From Dicyema japonicum (Eukaryota > Animalia > Dicyemida), in contig RDEW01000043.1 in assembly GCA_011109175.1 (NCBI GenBank), forward strand, positions 1 to 64,000: DNA of 64,000 nucleotides, read 5' to 3'. The translations under genes and the position numbers were made by a program. Every line of letters starts with the position of its first letter. The stretch's first letter is position 1. This document shows positions 1 to 12,561 of the stretch, piece by piece. Below the pieces are notes generated by a model. That model saw nothing but the letters and a program-made list of their open reading frames with translations. It was not told the DNA's origin and made no database searches.

Positions 1-44
1 ATCTCATCATACTCCACAACACAAAAAATTAAATATATTAAATT

Positions 45-146
45 TATTTTCGACCCCCATGTATTTCAATTTCGACCCCGTTACGATCGATCTGGATTGA
101 TTTTAGACCCCTGGGGGTCGAATCGACCCCAGGTTGAGAACCGCTG
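45..146. mobile_element. End of a hAT (Charlie/SPIN-like) element or MITE
   Basis: 131-146 AGGTTGAGAACCGCTG is the reverse complement of CAGCGGTTCTCAACCT, a Charlie/SPIN-type TIR. Repeated subterminal CGACCCC motifs precede it. Confidence 0.7.
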
Positions 147-204
147 AACTAAATGACGAACTCTGAAAACATTGGAGACCAATTTCCGCCCTAGTCATCA
201 TAAT

Positions 205-335
205 ATTGAATAGCAAAGCTGAACGTAACATCTTATAAGGTCGTGGGTTCGAATCCGACAGACGGAGTTTTCAACGAAGGTCAATTTTCGTCAAACAGAT
301 CTCACCCGTGAGGCGATGAGTTTTCTGGCGAGACA
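205..335 (+). repeat. tRNA-derived SINE head or tRNA pseudogene
   Basis: B-box GGGTTCGAATCC at about 246-257; no complete cloverleaf. Confidence 0.45.
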
Positions 336-779
336 CAGTGATTGAAAGTGATCTTCCTACCTTCTCTATGACCAAATCCTCTGGTTAAGATTATATTATG
401 AAAACTATTCTGCCGAAGAATGAAGTGATGTCCGTGACCGTAGACGTGTGATAAAGATGGAAGAGGCTGAATTTATTTCTCCACCTCCGGAGACTCCAAT
501 TCCTAAGGTTGCGATAGCAAACCATTTCGTCCAGAGAAAATTAAGGAAACACCCTTAATTGAGTAGAAGCAAGTGATCCTTAACTGTGTCATCCCGTTAC
601 TGGGCGTTGAATAAATCAAATGTATCATATGCCGCCAATCTAATAGAACGAGAGGATAAAGAACAGAAGAAAAGAAGAAAAATCTTCGAAGCCAGTAGAG
701 GAATCAAACCCAAGAACATTGTTGTAGCATGACCACTACCTGGTCGGGGTTTCTAGTATTGAAGATTATTATTGGAAAC

Positions 780-1232
780 AACATAGAATCTTAATGATCC
801 TCGGCACTAGCTTCTTCTGCCCTCTCTTGTTCGATGCCATGCTCTAAGACTACTGAGGTCTTCATAGTCTCTTAGTGTTCTGTCGACTGGTCTAGGTCAC
901 CATTCAGGACTTCAGGCAGTTTTAAACGTGGACTACCTCTGAACTTTTCCCCAGATTTTTCAAAGAACTTTTCCATGATGATGTTTGCTACCGTGTCTCG
1001 CTTTATTCTTAAAACGAGATCAAACAGTTTCCAGCGCTTCTTCATGATCAGGGTGTTCAGAGGTCCAGAGGAGCAACTTTTGTAGACGCTTCAATCCTTA
1101 CGCGCATTGTCCACTTTAGTTCCAGGAGAGACCAAAGTTGCTTTCTATAAAAAAAAGTGGAGCCTTTTCCCGTCGGTTTTAGAGATTCTCCATGTACCAA
1201 AGTTGTACGTAAAAATCGGTTTCATGAAATCC
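780..1232 (-). mobile_element. Decayed RTE-like LINE 3' fragment
   Basis: Broken frames resemble the other RTE-like C-termini in the window (KPIF.YNFGTW, KRWKLF.LVLR, KTLRDYEDL). Confidence 0.5.
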
Positions 1233-1606
1233 TCATGCAACCAGAGGGGGAGTGATAGGAGGACTTTAAATCCATCCTTTCATAAGCTTTCAATTTAAAT
1301 TAATTTTATTAAACCATAAAACCACCGTCATAGCCAGAATGAAAATTCTGGATCCCTGCCTCCCTCAGCATTCTCGGATTTGAAGGAAGTGCCGTCCAGA
1401 AGGAACTCCTTTGAATAGTTGTCGACTAATGGTCCTTTTTGGATATAATTTAAAATTATATCTGGCGCCATGGCATGAGAATGCATGGTCATTATTGAAA
1501 GATGAGATCCTATAAATATTTAAATTATTTAAAGGTTTTATGTTTAATAAAATAATTCAAAAATTAAATGATGATATTTTTTAGCATAAATTGAAATACA
1601 GCTCTA

Positions 1607-2011
1607 ATGGTAGTTTTGGGGAAAATGTCCAATTTCAATTCTATAATTCGGAGACTTCTGACTGACGATTTGAGAAAGATGTGCGAACAGTGCGTGAATT
1701 CTAACTCAGTCGTAATCTTCATGAAGGGATCCCCGGAAAATCCACAGTGCGGTTTCAGTAATGGAGCTTTGCGGCTTTTAGAACGAAATGGTTGCAGAGA
1801 GTTGGCTCATTTTGATATTTTACTTGACCAAGATATGAGACAGGGTTGATCCACGTGTTAATTAATCATAGGTATGAAAGAATATAGCAGTTGGATGACA
1901 TATCCCCAAGTTTACATTAAAGGAGAATTTATCGGAGGATTTGACATTCTTAAGGAATTGAATGATAGCGGAGAACTGGCCAAGCTTCTTTCAAACCTTT
2001 ATGATGGATAA
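1607..2011 (+). CDS. GLRX5: Monothiol glutaredoxin (GLRX5-like), 2 exons
   Basis: [14 protein letters not shown] active site. Removing the 27-nt intron 1845-1871 restores [28 protein letters not shown] to TAA at 2009-2011. Confidence 0.93.
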
Positions 2012-2187
2012 CTAACTTAAATTTTTCCTTTTCAATATCTAAGATTAGAAATAACCAGGCGAGGTACTCCACCTAGCATCCCATAGGTGTATCTATAAAA
2101 CAAAAGCTGAGGGTTTGCTCTGTTCTGCTATTAACAAGAAAGCAAACGGTTTGACAGTCGAAGGAATTTCCAGGGCATTGGTCTAGA

Positions 2188-2505
2188 ACCGGGATGGCGC
2201 AGTATGTCAAGTGTCAATCAACATTCATATGCTTACAGGTTCGAATCTTGCTGCTGTCCTTTCTAACTGAGGTCCAACCCATCTACTATGTTTCTTGGCT
2301 TGACGAGTGACGTTGCCATCTGTGATACCTCATTGCGGAGCGGCATTGTCTACAGGGACTCACAAAAATAAAAACAAGTTAAGAACATGCATTGGCCTCT
2401 CTCAATATTTAGCTACAAAAGCTGTCTTTACTTTTAAAATAAAGTATTTGTCCTGCACACGTGGAGCTATAAGTATATGGATCCCGTAAAATAGCTGCTA
2501 TTATT
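2188..2505 (+). mobile_element. tRNA-derived SINE, full-length copy
   Basis: A-box TGGCGCAGT, B-box GGTTCGAATC, core CTTGACGAGTGACG and tail GGAGCTATAA...TTA are shared with copies at 47.5, 49.0-49.5 and 61.4 kb. Confidence 0.8.
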
Positions 2506-2873
2506 TCTGTCTAGAATACCAAGATAATCCAACAACGCTCAAATCTTCCCTACAATAGATATTCTTTTGTTTTTCTAAATTTTATGGACGTGTTGCAGGG
2601 AATGGCGGAGGGGGAAATAGGCTTAAATAACACTGACGACGTCATAGATAGGAGATCTTAATATTTTAAGTAATCCTATCATGTATTTTAGGCTAAAATC
2701 CTGAACTTTGTAATAAATGATCTGGCACAAAATAATGCAAAATCTGGCACAAAATAATCAATTAATTGGATTTATCAACATGCACACACGGCACGAGTAA
2801 AATTCAGATTTAAATTAAAAAATTAAAAATAATTAATAATCATTTAAAATTAAAAAAAATAAATTATTATTAT

Positions 2874-5800
2874 ATGGATATGGTGCCAATACTGTCAGAT
2901 AGTGATCAATACACCTTATTAGCTAATAATTCCAACCTTAAATTTTCTCTTAAACAAATTTACAGGAAAATATTCAAATTGTATTCTCAAATCGATTATT
3001 AAAGTTACAAACGATTGTTCAGACTCCACAAATTCTCCACGGAAGGCCAAAATAGGACAGTCTACATAAATCCCGACGTTTTGCCTATAAAAACGAAACA
3101 TTCTCCAAATTTCATAATCAACCAAAAATACAATATTTTTACCTTTTTGCCCAAGGTGGTTACTTTAGGGTAATTCATAGGTCCTTTATAATCAGTTCAG
3201 CTTGTTTATGAACTTTTTTTTCCTCGCCGTGGCTTTTGTTCAACTTTATCCCCCTTTGAGGATCAATGCTCTCTACACTTTCTGGACTCCTCTGGTATCC
3301 CTGAATCGGTCATATTAGACGTTTGTGATCACTGTTAACCTCCTTAAAGAAGGAATTGACGATTTTAGGAGATATTTAAGGGATAAAGAAGCCAATTCTC
3401 AAAAATATGACGTCATCGATCTGAATGGAGTCTACAACCGAGTCCCAAGCTCTCGGTTAATCGTCGGAGATGTCGTCAAAATCACTCGGGTTTTCTTTGT
3501 GGTCATCGTATCAGGGTCAACGTGTTCCAGCTGACGTCGTTTTGATGAGGACCACGGAATCGACTGGTCGTATTTGCATACAAACCGACCAATTAGACGG
3601 TGAAACTGACTGGAAGATCCGTTTGGCGGTGGATATGACACAGAAATTGGATTCCGATAATGTAATAGCTTATATTTAACGGAAGAGCTTAATCAATAGT
3701 AAATGGAGCCTCGTGATACCCGCAGCGGTCGCGGATATTAATCGCTTTCACGGAAATTTCTGCAAAGTAGTGATTTGTCTTTAATAAGATGAACGACAAC
3801 CAAACGGTACCCCTCAATTTGGAGAATACTTTGTGGACAAACACCGTATTGGTGTCAGAGTCTGCCACGTGCGTTGTGATTTATACAGGTAAGGAGACCA
3901 AGGCTGCTCTGAACATTGCAAAGCCCCGTAGTAAAGTAAACATCTAGTCAACATCAGATTGGCAAAGCTGACTTGGAGGTGAATAAAATGATCAAGGTCC
4001 TGTTTATAGTAATGGTCGCCCTTGCCTCAGTGGTGATGTTGTTAAAGACGTATGTGACCAAGCAAACACAAGTAAATAACTAGTAATGAGTAGCCCACGA
4101 GTTGGATTATCGACTGGTTCCGATTTCTCATGCTGTTTTCCTCCATTATCCCCCTCAGGTTGCCAATTCTAGATTATTGCTAGCTTGAGGGTGAATTTGG
4201 ATGTGACGAAGATTCTATACTCGTTTATGATTCAACTGGATAAGCAAATTTCTGGTACTGTTGTTCGTTCGACGACCATTCCTGAACAACTAGGCCGTAT
4301 CGACTATCTCCTGTCCGACAAGACAGGGACACTTACTCAGAACAGCATGGTTTGGTGGTGACATTACCTAGATTTTGCGTAAAGTTGCAACGGAGGCTGA
4401 CCTGTACAGCACTGATAATTTTAATGAGGCAGGGTGATGTGGTTACTTTGTAGATTCCTTATGTCCTGAAGGAGTGTCCTGGAATGGAAAAGCTGAGGGA
4501 TTCTATGTTTGGCATCTCTTTGTGCCATGATGTAACCCCGGTGGACAGCACCGACGAGAAGGGAATGAAATTCCGTGCTTACAACGCGGCCTCCCCGACG
4601 AGGTGGCTCTGGTCAGCTGGGTTGAAGATCACGAGTTTTTCATAATGGAGAGAAACATATATTCGATAAATCTCAGAATTTTGGGAGAGAAGGAGATTTT
4701 TTTTGATATCCTGGAGCTTTTCCCCTTTACCTCATACCGTAAGCGAATGGGTATTGTCGTCCAGGTTTGACTTCTTTAACTATTCGGGACCGAAATGACG
4801 GGAAAATATATTTTTATCTGAAGGGAGCTGATTCTATCATGAATAAGATTGTGAATTCATCGGACAGCACACGTGAGCAGGTGAGCCGATCGTTTATATT
4901 GCCAGATATCTGACTTTGCCAGAGAAGGTCTTCGAACGTTGATTTATGGGAAGAAGCAGCTTACCAAAACTCAGTATGAGGAATTCAAGGTCATTGTGTT
5001 AATTATTCCAGTCAAGGTATGAGATTGCCAGAATCTCAATGGTAAACCGTGAGTCGAAATGTGAAGAGGTCGTGGAATCCTTAGAACGAGATATGGAGTT
5101 GGTCTGCATAACAGGAGTCGAGGATAAATTGCAGGAGAAAGTCCCGGTCACACTGGAAATTTTATCAAATGCTGGAATCAGGGTATCTATTGTGAAATTT
5201 ATGTAAGGTTTGGATGTTAACGGGAGACAAGGAGGAGACTGCCATATCAGTGGCCAAGAGTTCAAGGCTAATGTCAAAGTCTCAATCTATCTACTATTTT
5301 CCTGAAATATGTGGATTTCATGACATTCGACCAACTCTAAATGAGTTTAGGAGACGGACCAGTTCAGTCCTCGTCATTTCAGGAGATTCCTTGGAGGTTG
5401 ACCAATATATGACTGTAGAAATTCACTTCATACACAACTCCAGAGTACAGTAATGAGTTCTTCGAATTGGCCTGTCTGTCACCCGCCGTTGTTGTTTTTC
5501 GGTGCTCTCCCTCGCAGAAGGCCAGTATAGCCAATAAGCTGAAGATCTACTCGAGAAAACAGATCTGTGCAATCGGTTATCTTACCATGTCATTCCTAGG
5601 TGATGGTGGTAACGACGTAAGTATGATTCAGATGGCGGATGTAGGAATTGGAATATTTGGAAAGGTTTGGTGTGTCATTACATTCCCAGGAGGGCATGCA
5701 AGCAGCACTGGCAGCGGACTATTCTCTCCCCAGTTTCACTATATTTCACGCCTTCTCCTTGTTCATGGAAGATACAGGTGTATTGGAGTGTTTATTTTAG

Positions 5801-6527
5801 TTATTTACGCAGTTCACTGATAACTCAGTTTGTTATCCATCGCAGCATTATTCTTACCACTTTGCAGGCCATTTTTTGTTCTGTGCTGTACTTTATTTCG
5901 TTTCTATTTTTCCTGGAATCTTGATTGTTCTGTATGAGAGTTTCTTATATTAGTTTTTCCATTTTTTTCGCCCAGCTTCCCATCCTTTCTCTTATTTTCG
6001 ACAGAGACGTCAAACCAGAAACCGCATTGCAGTACCCCGAACTATACAGACAGATGCAGAAGGTGATTGTTTTCTATTCATGGTAGGGACGTCTGCTAAA
6101 CTTAAAGTCGCTCTTTTGGTGGGTTTTGATTGGAGTCTACCAGGGTGGTGGTCGCTGTAACCTTTAGGGAGCACATTAATGATAATTTCTTTCTCTCTAT
6201 TCTCTGGGGAGTTTTCTCATATTGTGGGAATTACGTTTACCTCTCTGCTTCTAATCGAACTGATAATGATTCCAATGATTGCTTATCGGATTATTTGGTG
6301 GATGCTCATTCCCTGTAGTGTCAGTATGCTGTCTTACATTGGTTCTATTTATATAGTTCGTGGCGTGTTTTACTTTAATACTTATTCCAGATCTTGGATT
6401 TATGGGAACTTTTAGTTTTTTTTGGAAAGTAACCCTTTTGACTCTTGTGGCGTGTATTCCTTTAGCCATTGTCAAGTATCTTAGAAGAAAGATTTCTCCC
6501 CCTTCTTACTCAAAATTAAACGCATGA
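2874..6527 (+). CDS. ATP9: P4-type phospholipid flippase ATP9/NEO1, many micro-introns
   Basis: Motifs [59 protein letters not shown] and C-terminal [12 protein letters not shown]. Introns include 2981-3004, 3156-3180, 3295-3318, 3490-3514, 3662-3685, 3767-3788, 3936-3957. A few 1-bp frameshifts. Confidence 0.93.
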
Positions 6528-6909
6528 TTAATTTATTTTTTTGAAATTGACACAAAAATTGTCATTAAAATATTTAAATAGAAATAAATTGTCGAAAGTT
6601 TTACGATCTTGATGAGATGCGTTTTATTAGTTTTTTAGTACGTAACTCTCAATTTACTACTGGTGTGTCTGGGTAAATTATTGATTTTTAGCATAATGCA
6701 ATTTGTTCTATTAGGCTCCATAAGTGATTACGGATGTGGTAGAAGTCAAAAAAAAATTTTTCATAAATCATATTTTATTATTTTGGCAACTTTAGACGTA
6801 GTGGAGCAACCAAACTTTCTAATGGCTGTAAATTGCTTAATTATATAATTTAAATTGCGTAGCTGGTTAAATTGCTAATATAAATTTTTATGTTATTAAT
6901 AAAATAAGT

Positions 6910-7307
6910 CGGAATGGAGTGGCCACGTAGAATATCAACCACTGGTATCTACAACAAGTGTATGTGTTCTTACATCAGCAAGGATGTGATAGATGCCCGG
7001 TGGAGGCTATTTGGGAATGTACTAAGAATGAACCCGGACGCACCCGCTAACAAAGCGATGGAAGATTACTTTGACAGTCGCGAAAAACCCTTCCGCGACG
7101 ACCTAGATCGACACTTCCGACAGCCCTAAACAAAGACTTAAATCGTGTGAGAAAAAATCTAAAGACGGGAGACGACCTGGACGAATTGAGATCACTCGCA
7201 TTCGACAGAGGAAGATGGAAAAGACTAACTATAAATATTGTTTCTTTGAGTGTTGCACATGCGGGGCTATAATCATTATGGCTTTCGTGAAAGTGCTTTA
7301 ATAATAA
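6910..7307 (+). mobile_element. 5'-truncated RTE-like LINE with TSD
   Basis: ARWRLFGNVLRM...PANKAM C-terminus and (TAA)n tail. TAATAAAATAAGT is duplicated at 6897-6909 and 7308-7320. Confidence 0.75.
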
Positions 7308-7329
7308 TAATAAAATAAGTACAAAACAT

Positions 7330-7453
7330 TAGTTAGCTGCCGCCCTCACTGCGTGGCTGTTACCTCTCTGAATTGCGAGCGAAATTCGCCTAAACAGCCA
7401 GCCGCGTTCGTGGAGATCTCCAGTGCATGAGGTGATCCGGTTTCCAGACGTCG
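7330..7453 (-). mobile_element. CRE-like (RLE) LINE 3' fragment
   Basis: Translates GNRITSCTGDLHERGWLFRRISLAIQRGNSHAV, matching the family C-terminus. Confidence 0.7.
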
Positions 7454-7520
7454 AATTGCTTAATTATATAATTTAAATTGAGTTTTGGCTAAAACCACAT
7501 TAATTTTTTTGCAAAAAAAT

Positions 7521-8801
7521 TTAGGTTAGTTTCATCCGAAATGTATAGTAAGTTTTGCCATTTCTGTTGAAGGATCTGGTAAACCTTGAAATCACGTCAG
7601 TTTCGTGGATACTGAATGTCAAAGATGTCATACTTTACATAAGAGATTAACTGCTCTTGAGACCAGATTTTCATTTTCTTGAAGATTTGTCGGTATCTCT
7701 CAGAGTCGTTCTCGCTAAGATCTAACACATCGAACAGAGATATAGTCTTTGGTGTAGCCTCATCATCCACCACCGCCACCCCCTTCTATAAAATTAGTGC
7801 CATACCTTAAGCTGACCAATATTTACTGCAAATGGCATCACTCGGCTCCAAATAGCCATAAACTCGTCAAGTATCAGCTGATTTGCTCTTCTAAGAATGG
7901 ACAGCCCGCCAAATTTGCATATTTTGTCGCAGTCAAGACAGTATAAAATACTTTCACCATCTTAGCTGAGCTAGATCAATACCTTCTTTGATATCAGTGG
8001 AGATGATCCCCATAAATGCCTCAATAATCTCACTACATGTGATTACAGTTAAAACCTGTTGTATAGATCGCTTAGATCCTCAAATATGAGTCCACGTGGG
8101 ACGGAATTAGTGCTTATATTGGAAGATTCTATCGTCCTACAGAGGTGCATGACTGCATCCTCCATGAATTCGCTGTCAAACATCCGCCAAAACTCTGAAT
8201 GCTGGATTAACTCGACAAACTGTTATATTCGAATGCATCCAGGGATTTTGTGAGATTGAGAAACTGAGGATATGTGCATCTGAGGAGATCTAAAAGATCA
8301 CGTGTAGTGTAGAACTAAATTTTAAAATAAGTTGAAAGTACCTGTTGATGGTGATAATTCCTCTCATTGTATTCTCCAACATAAAGCACGTGGCCGAGGA
8401 TATCGTAGAGCTGCTTTAAGCTTGGTTTAGATTCCTTCAGTTCAATATAATCGCTAATAACTAGACTTTTCTGGCATTACGGAATCCAAAACCCGTATTA
8501 AACTCTCATCAGTAATGAATGGAAGACATATTATGGTCGAAGTGAGGCAGACCTGAATCATTTCGTAGTTGAAGTCCTCATTGCATAAAACTGCAGACTG
8601 ATTCGCACACCTTTTACTGAAACTCTAAATTTAGTGAACTAAATACTCATTATTGAGAAATGAATTTAAAGGAATGTTGTTAACTTCAAGTATGAAGTAG
8701 TTTTTGTTATTTTTTGACAAATCTAGAGTGTAAATTTGAGAATCAATGTCCTCCACATCGATATTAAGAGTAAATTTTAATTTATCAAGAAAGTCATCCA
8801 T
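7521..8801 (-). CDS. DSCC1: Sister chromatid cohesion protein DCC1, spliced
   Basis: QSAVLCNEDFNYEM near the N-terminus. C-terminal EFMAIWSRVMP..IGQLKGVAVVD..LSENDSERYRQIF..WSQEQLISYV..RFTRSFNRNG matches the DCC1 C-terminus. Introns about 22 nt. Confidence 0.8.
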
Positions 8802-8820
8802 TCACCAGAACAAGGCAAAA

Positions 8821-8829
8821 TTTTCCCGC
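8821..8829. promoter_or_regulatory. E2F-like site upstream of DSCC1
   Basis: TTTTCCCGC lies 20 bp upstream of the ATG of an S-phase gene. Confidence 0.45.
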
Positions 8830-9530
8830 TAAACACGAAAATTTTTAAATCACTTTTTTTAAACTTATTAAATAAAAAGTATTTTATCATTTTTAAACTT
8901 ATCAAATCTGCTTGTAAAATCTTAAAAAATTGTTGACTTTAGTGATTTTCGTAGAAATTTTAAACAACTTAGCTAGTCAGTATATTGAGCTGAGAGATGA
9001 CTTTTATGATAGCACATGCAGAGGCGTAATGAAAAACGGCAGTTTATACTAAGCGAAAGGAGGGAAAGAGAAAATTGGAAATTTTTATCATTTTATTAAT
9101 CTTTCTTTGATACGTTTGAACTTGCACCAGATCGTCCTTATTATAGGTGCATTTGACAGTTAACCTATTGTTTTGCAAAACGTAACCAAAAGAAAGTTAT
9201 CTCCTCGTCACTTATACAACACTTCTCCATGTTAGATTCCTCCATACTCTCCCTGAGAAGGCGATTTTTCGGAGGACGTCTTCATTTTCGAAGTTCTAAT
9301 TTACAGTCACAAGATCTTCGTGAATTGAAACAGGGAGAAAGTTGCGTGGAAGTACGTTGCATCCACAACTGCTCTGGAAGTAAGCTTCCATAGCATTGTT
9401 TGAGGGCATTGGTCCTCAATAAACTCAGCAATGTCTACCACAAGTACTAGGCACACTTACTACCAAAAACCCTGATACCCAATAAATAAAAAAGGAGACA
9501 AGTAATTAATAACCGAAAAAATATTAGTTA

Positions 9531-10784
9531 TTACTCACTAGCATCGGTTGACCAAAGTCCTGAATCGACACATCTTTTCATGTGGTACTCAGCATCATCA
9601 GGGTTCATAGATGCTATGACTTTCTTCAACATCTCGATGTCTCTACATTCGAAGCACTTTTGTAGGTCCTACAATAATATAAGCATCACAGGTGGAAGAG
9701 TTTCGAATACTTCAGCAGGGTCAAGTCCTCCAGGTCCCAACATCTCACCCTTCTCCAACACACATTCTTCCATTTCTTGCTCCTTAGCTTCTTCAATCCT
9801 CTCCAACGCTCTTTTTCTGATTCTCCCTTTAAATGACTCCAGTTCATCGTCAAAAGACTTTTTGTAGATCTCCAAGCTAGGATCCTTACTCATGTTGTCA
9901 TATCTAAGTCCAAACATTTTACAACTTTTTGAAAAAAGGGTCAACACAGGATCGGGGATCTCGCTTTAGCTGAACTGCCAGTTGCAAAATAAACTGTAAG
10001 ATGATCACTTGGTGAGCCACATGATCCATCAAATCGAATTTCTGAAGAAATCAAATATCCTACATTTTCCGTGGCTAAATCAATACACCACAGGACGAGA
10101 AGATTGCAAGCCTCATCACAGACAAGCTGAGGATGCAACATCATATACTCGTTGCTGTCACGTGAGCGACTCAGAAATCCAAAATCTTTTACCAGTTTCA
10201 TGTTCTCTTTTCGGAATTTTTGCTACATTTTAAAACCACAACTTCTACAAGACTGCTAGCCTTTTCCTCGTCAGTCAGTTCATTTGGTTGATATTCCACC
10301 GTTTTTGCAAAAATCTACCAATTCAACAACAAATCAACAGTGCGGGAAGTTTTTTCCTTGTTGATCGTGTCTATGTTCAATGGAATTTTCTAGAATATTC
10401 TAGAAAAACAACCTTCTTCTCTTCTTCATGCTTTTGTTTCAATTCATTGTGCTCTTTTTCTTCAATTTTTAGTTTTTCGAGTTGTTTTAGACATCGATCC
10501 CTCTCCTCAGTATCTTGGGATTTGCAAAGCTTTTCAGTAATTTCTTCTATTTGTTCCGTCAATCAAAAGTAATCTCGAAAGCTCACTTTTTTTCGTCGGT
10601 CTTTAATTTTTGTTCTTTTAGCTTCTGTTCTTCCATTCGTTCAAGACGAGCTCTATGCCTCCATCTAAACAAGCTAGGAGTATCAATATTAGGATGTGTG
10701 TCATCTTCGTCATCTGAAATCTACCATCTTTATTAATAATTTTACTTCAATATTATCCCATTTCGAATAATCAAGTTTGGGCAT
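9531..10784 (-). CDS. CDC37: Hsp90 co-chaperone Cdc37, spliced
   Basis: [13 protein letters not shown]|[65 protein letters not shown]. The exact last exon is uncertain. Confidence 0.95.
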
Positions 10785-12059
10785 AACCTGAATCTATTTT
10801 TCAATTTTTTAATTTAAATTAATTTATAAAATTTATTATTAACTTTTATATTTATATAAACTTTCTCCTGCCAAAACGATCCTATAAACTGTCGCAATCT
10901 TTTTGTCTCAATCCAAAGGAGGGATATTTTTGTATGCCAACTAAACACCGAGCGTTTTCTTTGTCGGGTGGATCGTATAACGCCAGTGAAGGGGTTCCCA
11001 CAATGGGTGATATGGATGTGGAAAGATGCGTCCCATCCAGACACGGGGAACTAACTAAAACCTTTTTTATGTTATTTAAAAAACAAAAAAAATTGTTGCC
11101 TATTCTCTCAGTATAATAGACAATAATGATCCAATGCTCAGAGTATTCCTTAAAATAGAGGTAATTAAATTTTTAAATGCGAGAATGGTGAGTTATTTCC
11201 AATTTTAATTTAAAAAATAAGAATTATAAGGAAATAATCCGATTTATGTAGTAAATATAGAAATAGTGAACTGATTCGCTTATTAGTGTTTAGTGATGTC
11301 AAAGCTTGTGGCTTAGTGATGTCTAAGGAAAATCTTGCAAAATTAGGGAAACTGACTTTTATCGATGAAGTCAGCATAATAGATATTAAATCATCGATAA
11401 ACAGTGATATAATCTTTGATAGTAGTGACTTATTTCGAGCCTGGTTATCATATTGGTATCAAGAAAATTGTAATCTCTCCGTTAACCACTTATTTTTCAT
11501 TAGTCAGTCTAATGGCCCACTTGTCGATTTCAAGAGTAATCGAATCCCTTCAATAATTTGGCTACAACTAAGATAATTTTCTTTAATATTATACATGAAA
11601 ATTTCCCTGATAATCTTTTTCCATATTACAAAACATCGAGTTTAAAATGTGTACCTTCAAAAAACTTGTGTAGCCCGTTCTCTTGATCTCCAATAACTTC
11701 GAGTCTGAAATAACTGTTCTCGAAGCACGCCGAAATGATGCTGAATCAACTAGTCCTTCGATTTGAGTTACCTCTAATTTTTACCTTACCCATAAGTTTT
11801 CCCGAATCATAGAATTTATATATGATTAAAATACAAAAACCCCAAAAATTTCTTTAAATGAACTTGAAATTCGAATTTCAGGAAAATTAAAAAATTCCAA
11901 ATTGATGCATTTTTTCACTATCACACAAGCGATTTTACCAAAAAGGGACCTTGAGAGTATCCACTTGATGGAATAGTTCAGTATTCTTGTGCTGTCGAGT
12001 GTACATATCCCCGTACATTAATTACATTTTCTGTCAGTTTATATTGAATTTATTTATTG

Positions 12060-12300
12060 TCAAAAACAGAATAAATAAACAGAGGTCATACAGCATCCGC
12101 CCGACTGTGTGCCTATTCTCTCTCAGGATGGCGAGCGAGATTCGCTCAAATAGCCTGCAGAGCTCACAGGGATCTCCTTTTCGTGCAGAAATCCGATTCC
12201 CTAGACGACTCAGGAATTCCAGCGTCGCAGGCGCAAGGGAACCAGATGTTTCAACCTCGAGATTAGTATTGTCAACGACTATTACTGCCCACTTTCTGCC
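12060..12300 (-). mobile_element. CRE-like LINE 3' fragment
   Basis: VETSGSLAP..FLSRLGNRIS..LFERISLAILREN. Confidence 0.7.
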
Positions 12301-12561
12301 CACTTTACATTTAAGGATCTTTAAAACAATAATTGCTTTTAATGACTACAAGTAATTACATAATATTACGGACGAACCCTACAAGGAAGAGTTTTCCCTT
12401 GAGGTTATTCAAATCCCTCAACACTTATCACATCATAAACGTAATTCACAGAACTCAAAAAATTAAATGTGAGTTTTAATCAGCAATCTAACACTTGATC
12501 GTATAAAATACTTATATAAATATTTCAAAGTACTCTAAAGCAAGTCCATGTATATAGAACC

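Noticed and set aside
205-270. Functional tRNA gene
   Set aside because: Only the T-arm/B-box is recognisable and there is no acceptor stem pairing. The same holds for the SINE heads.
11286-11810. 96-aa ORF and a possible opposite-strand gene
   Set aside because: No motif and no consistent exon model.
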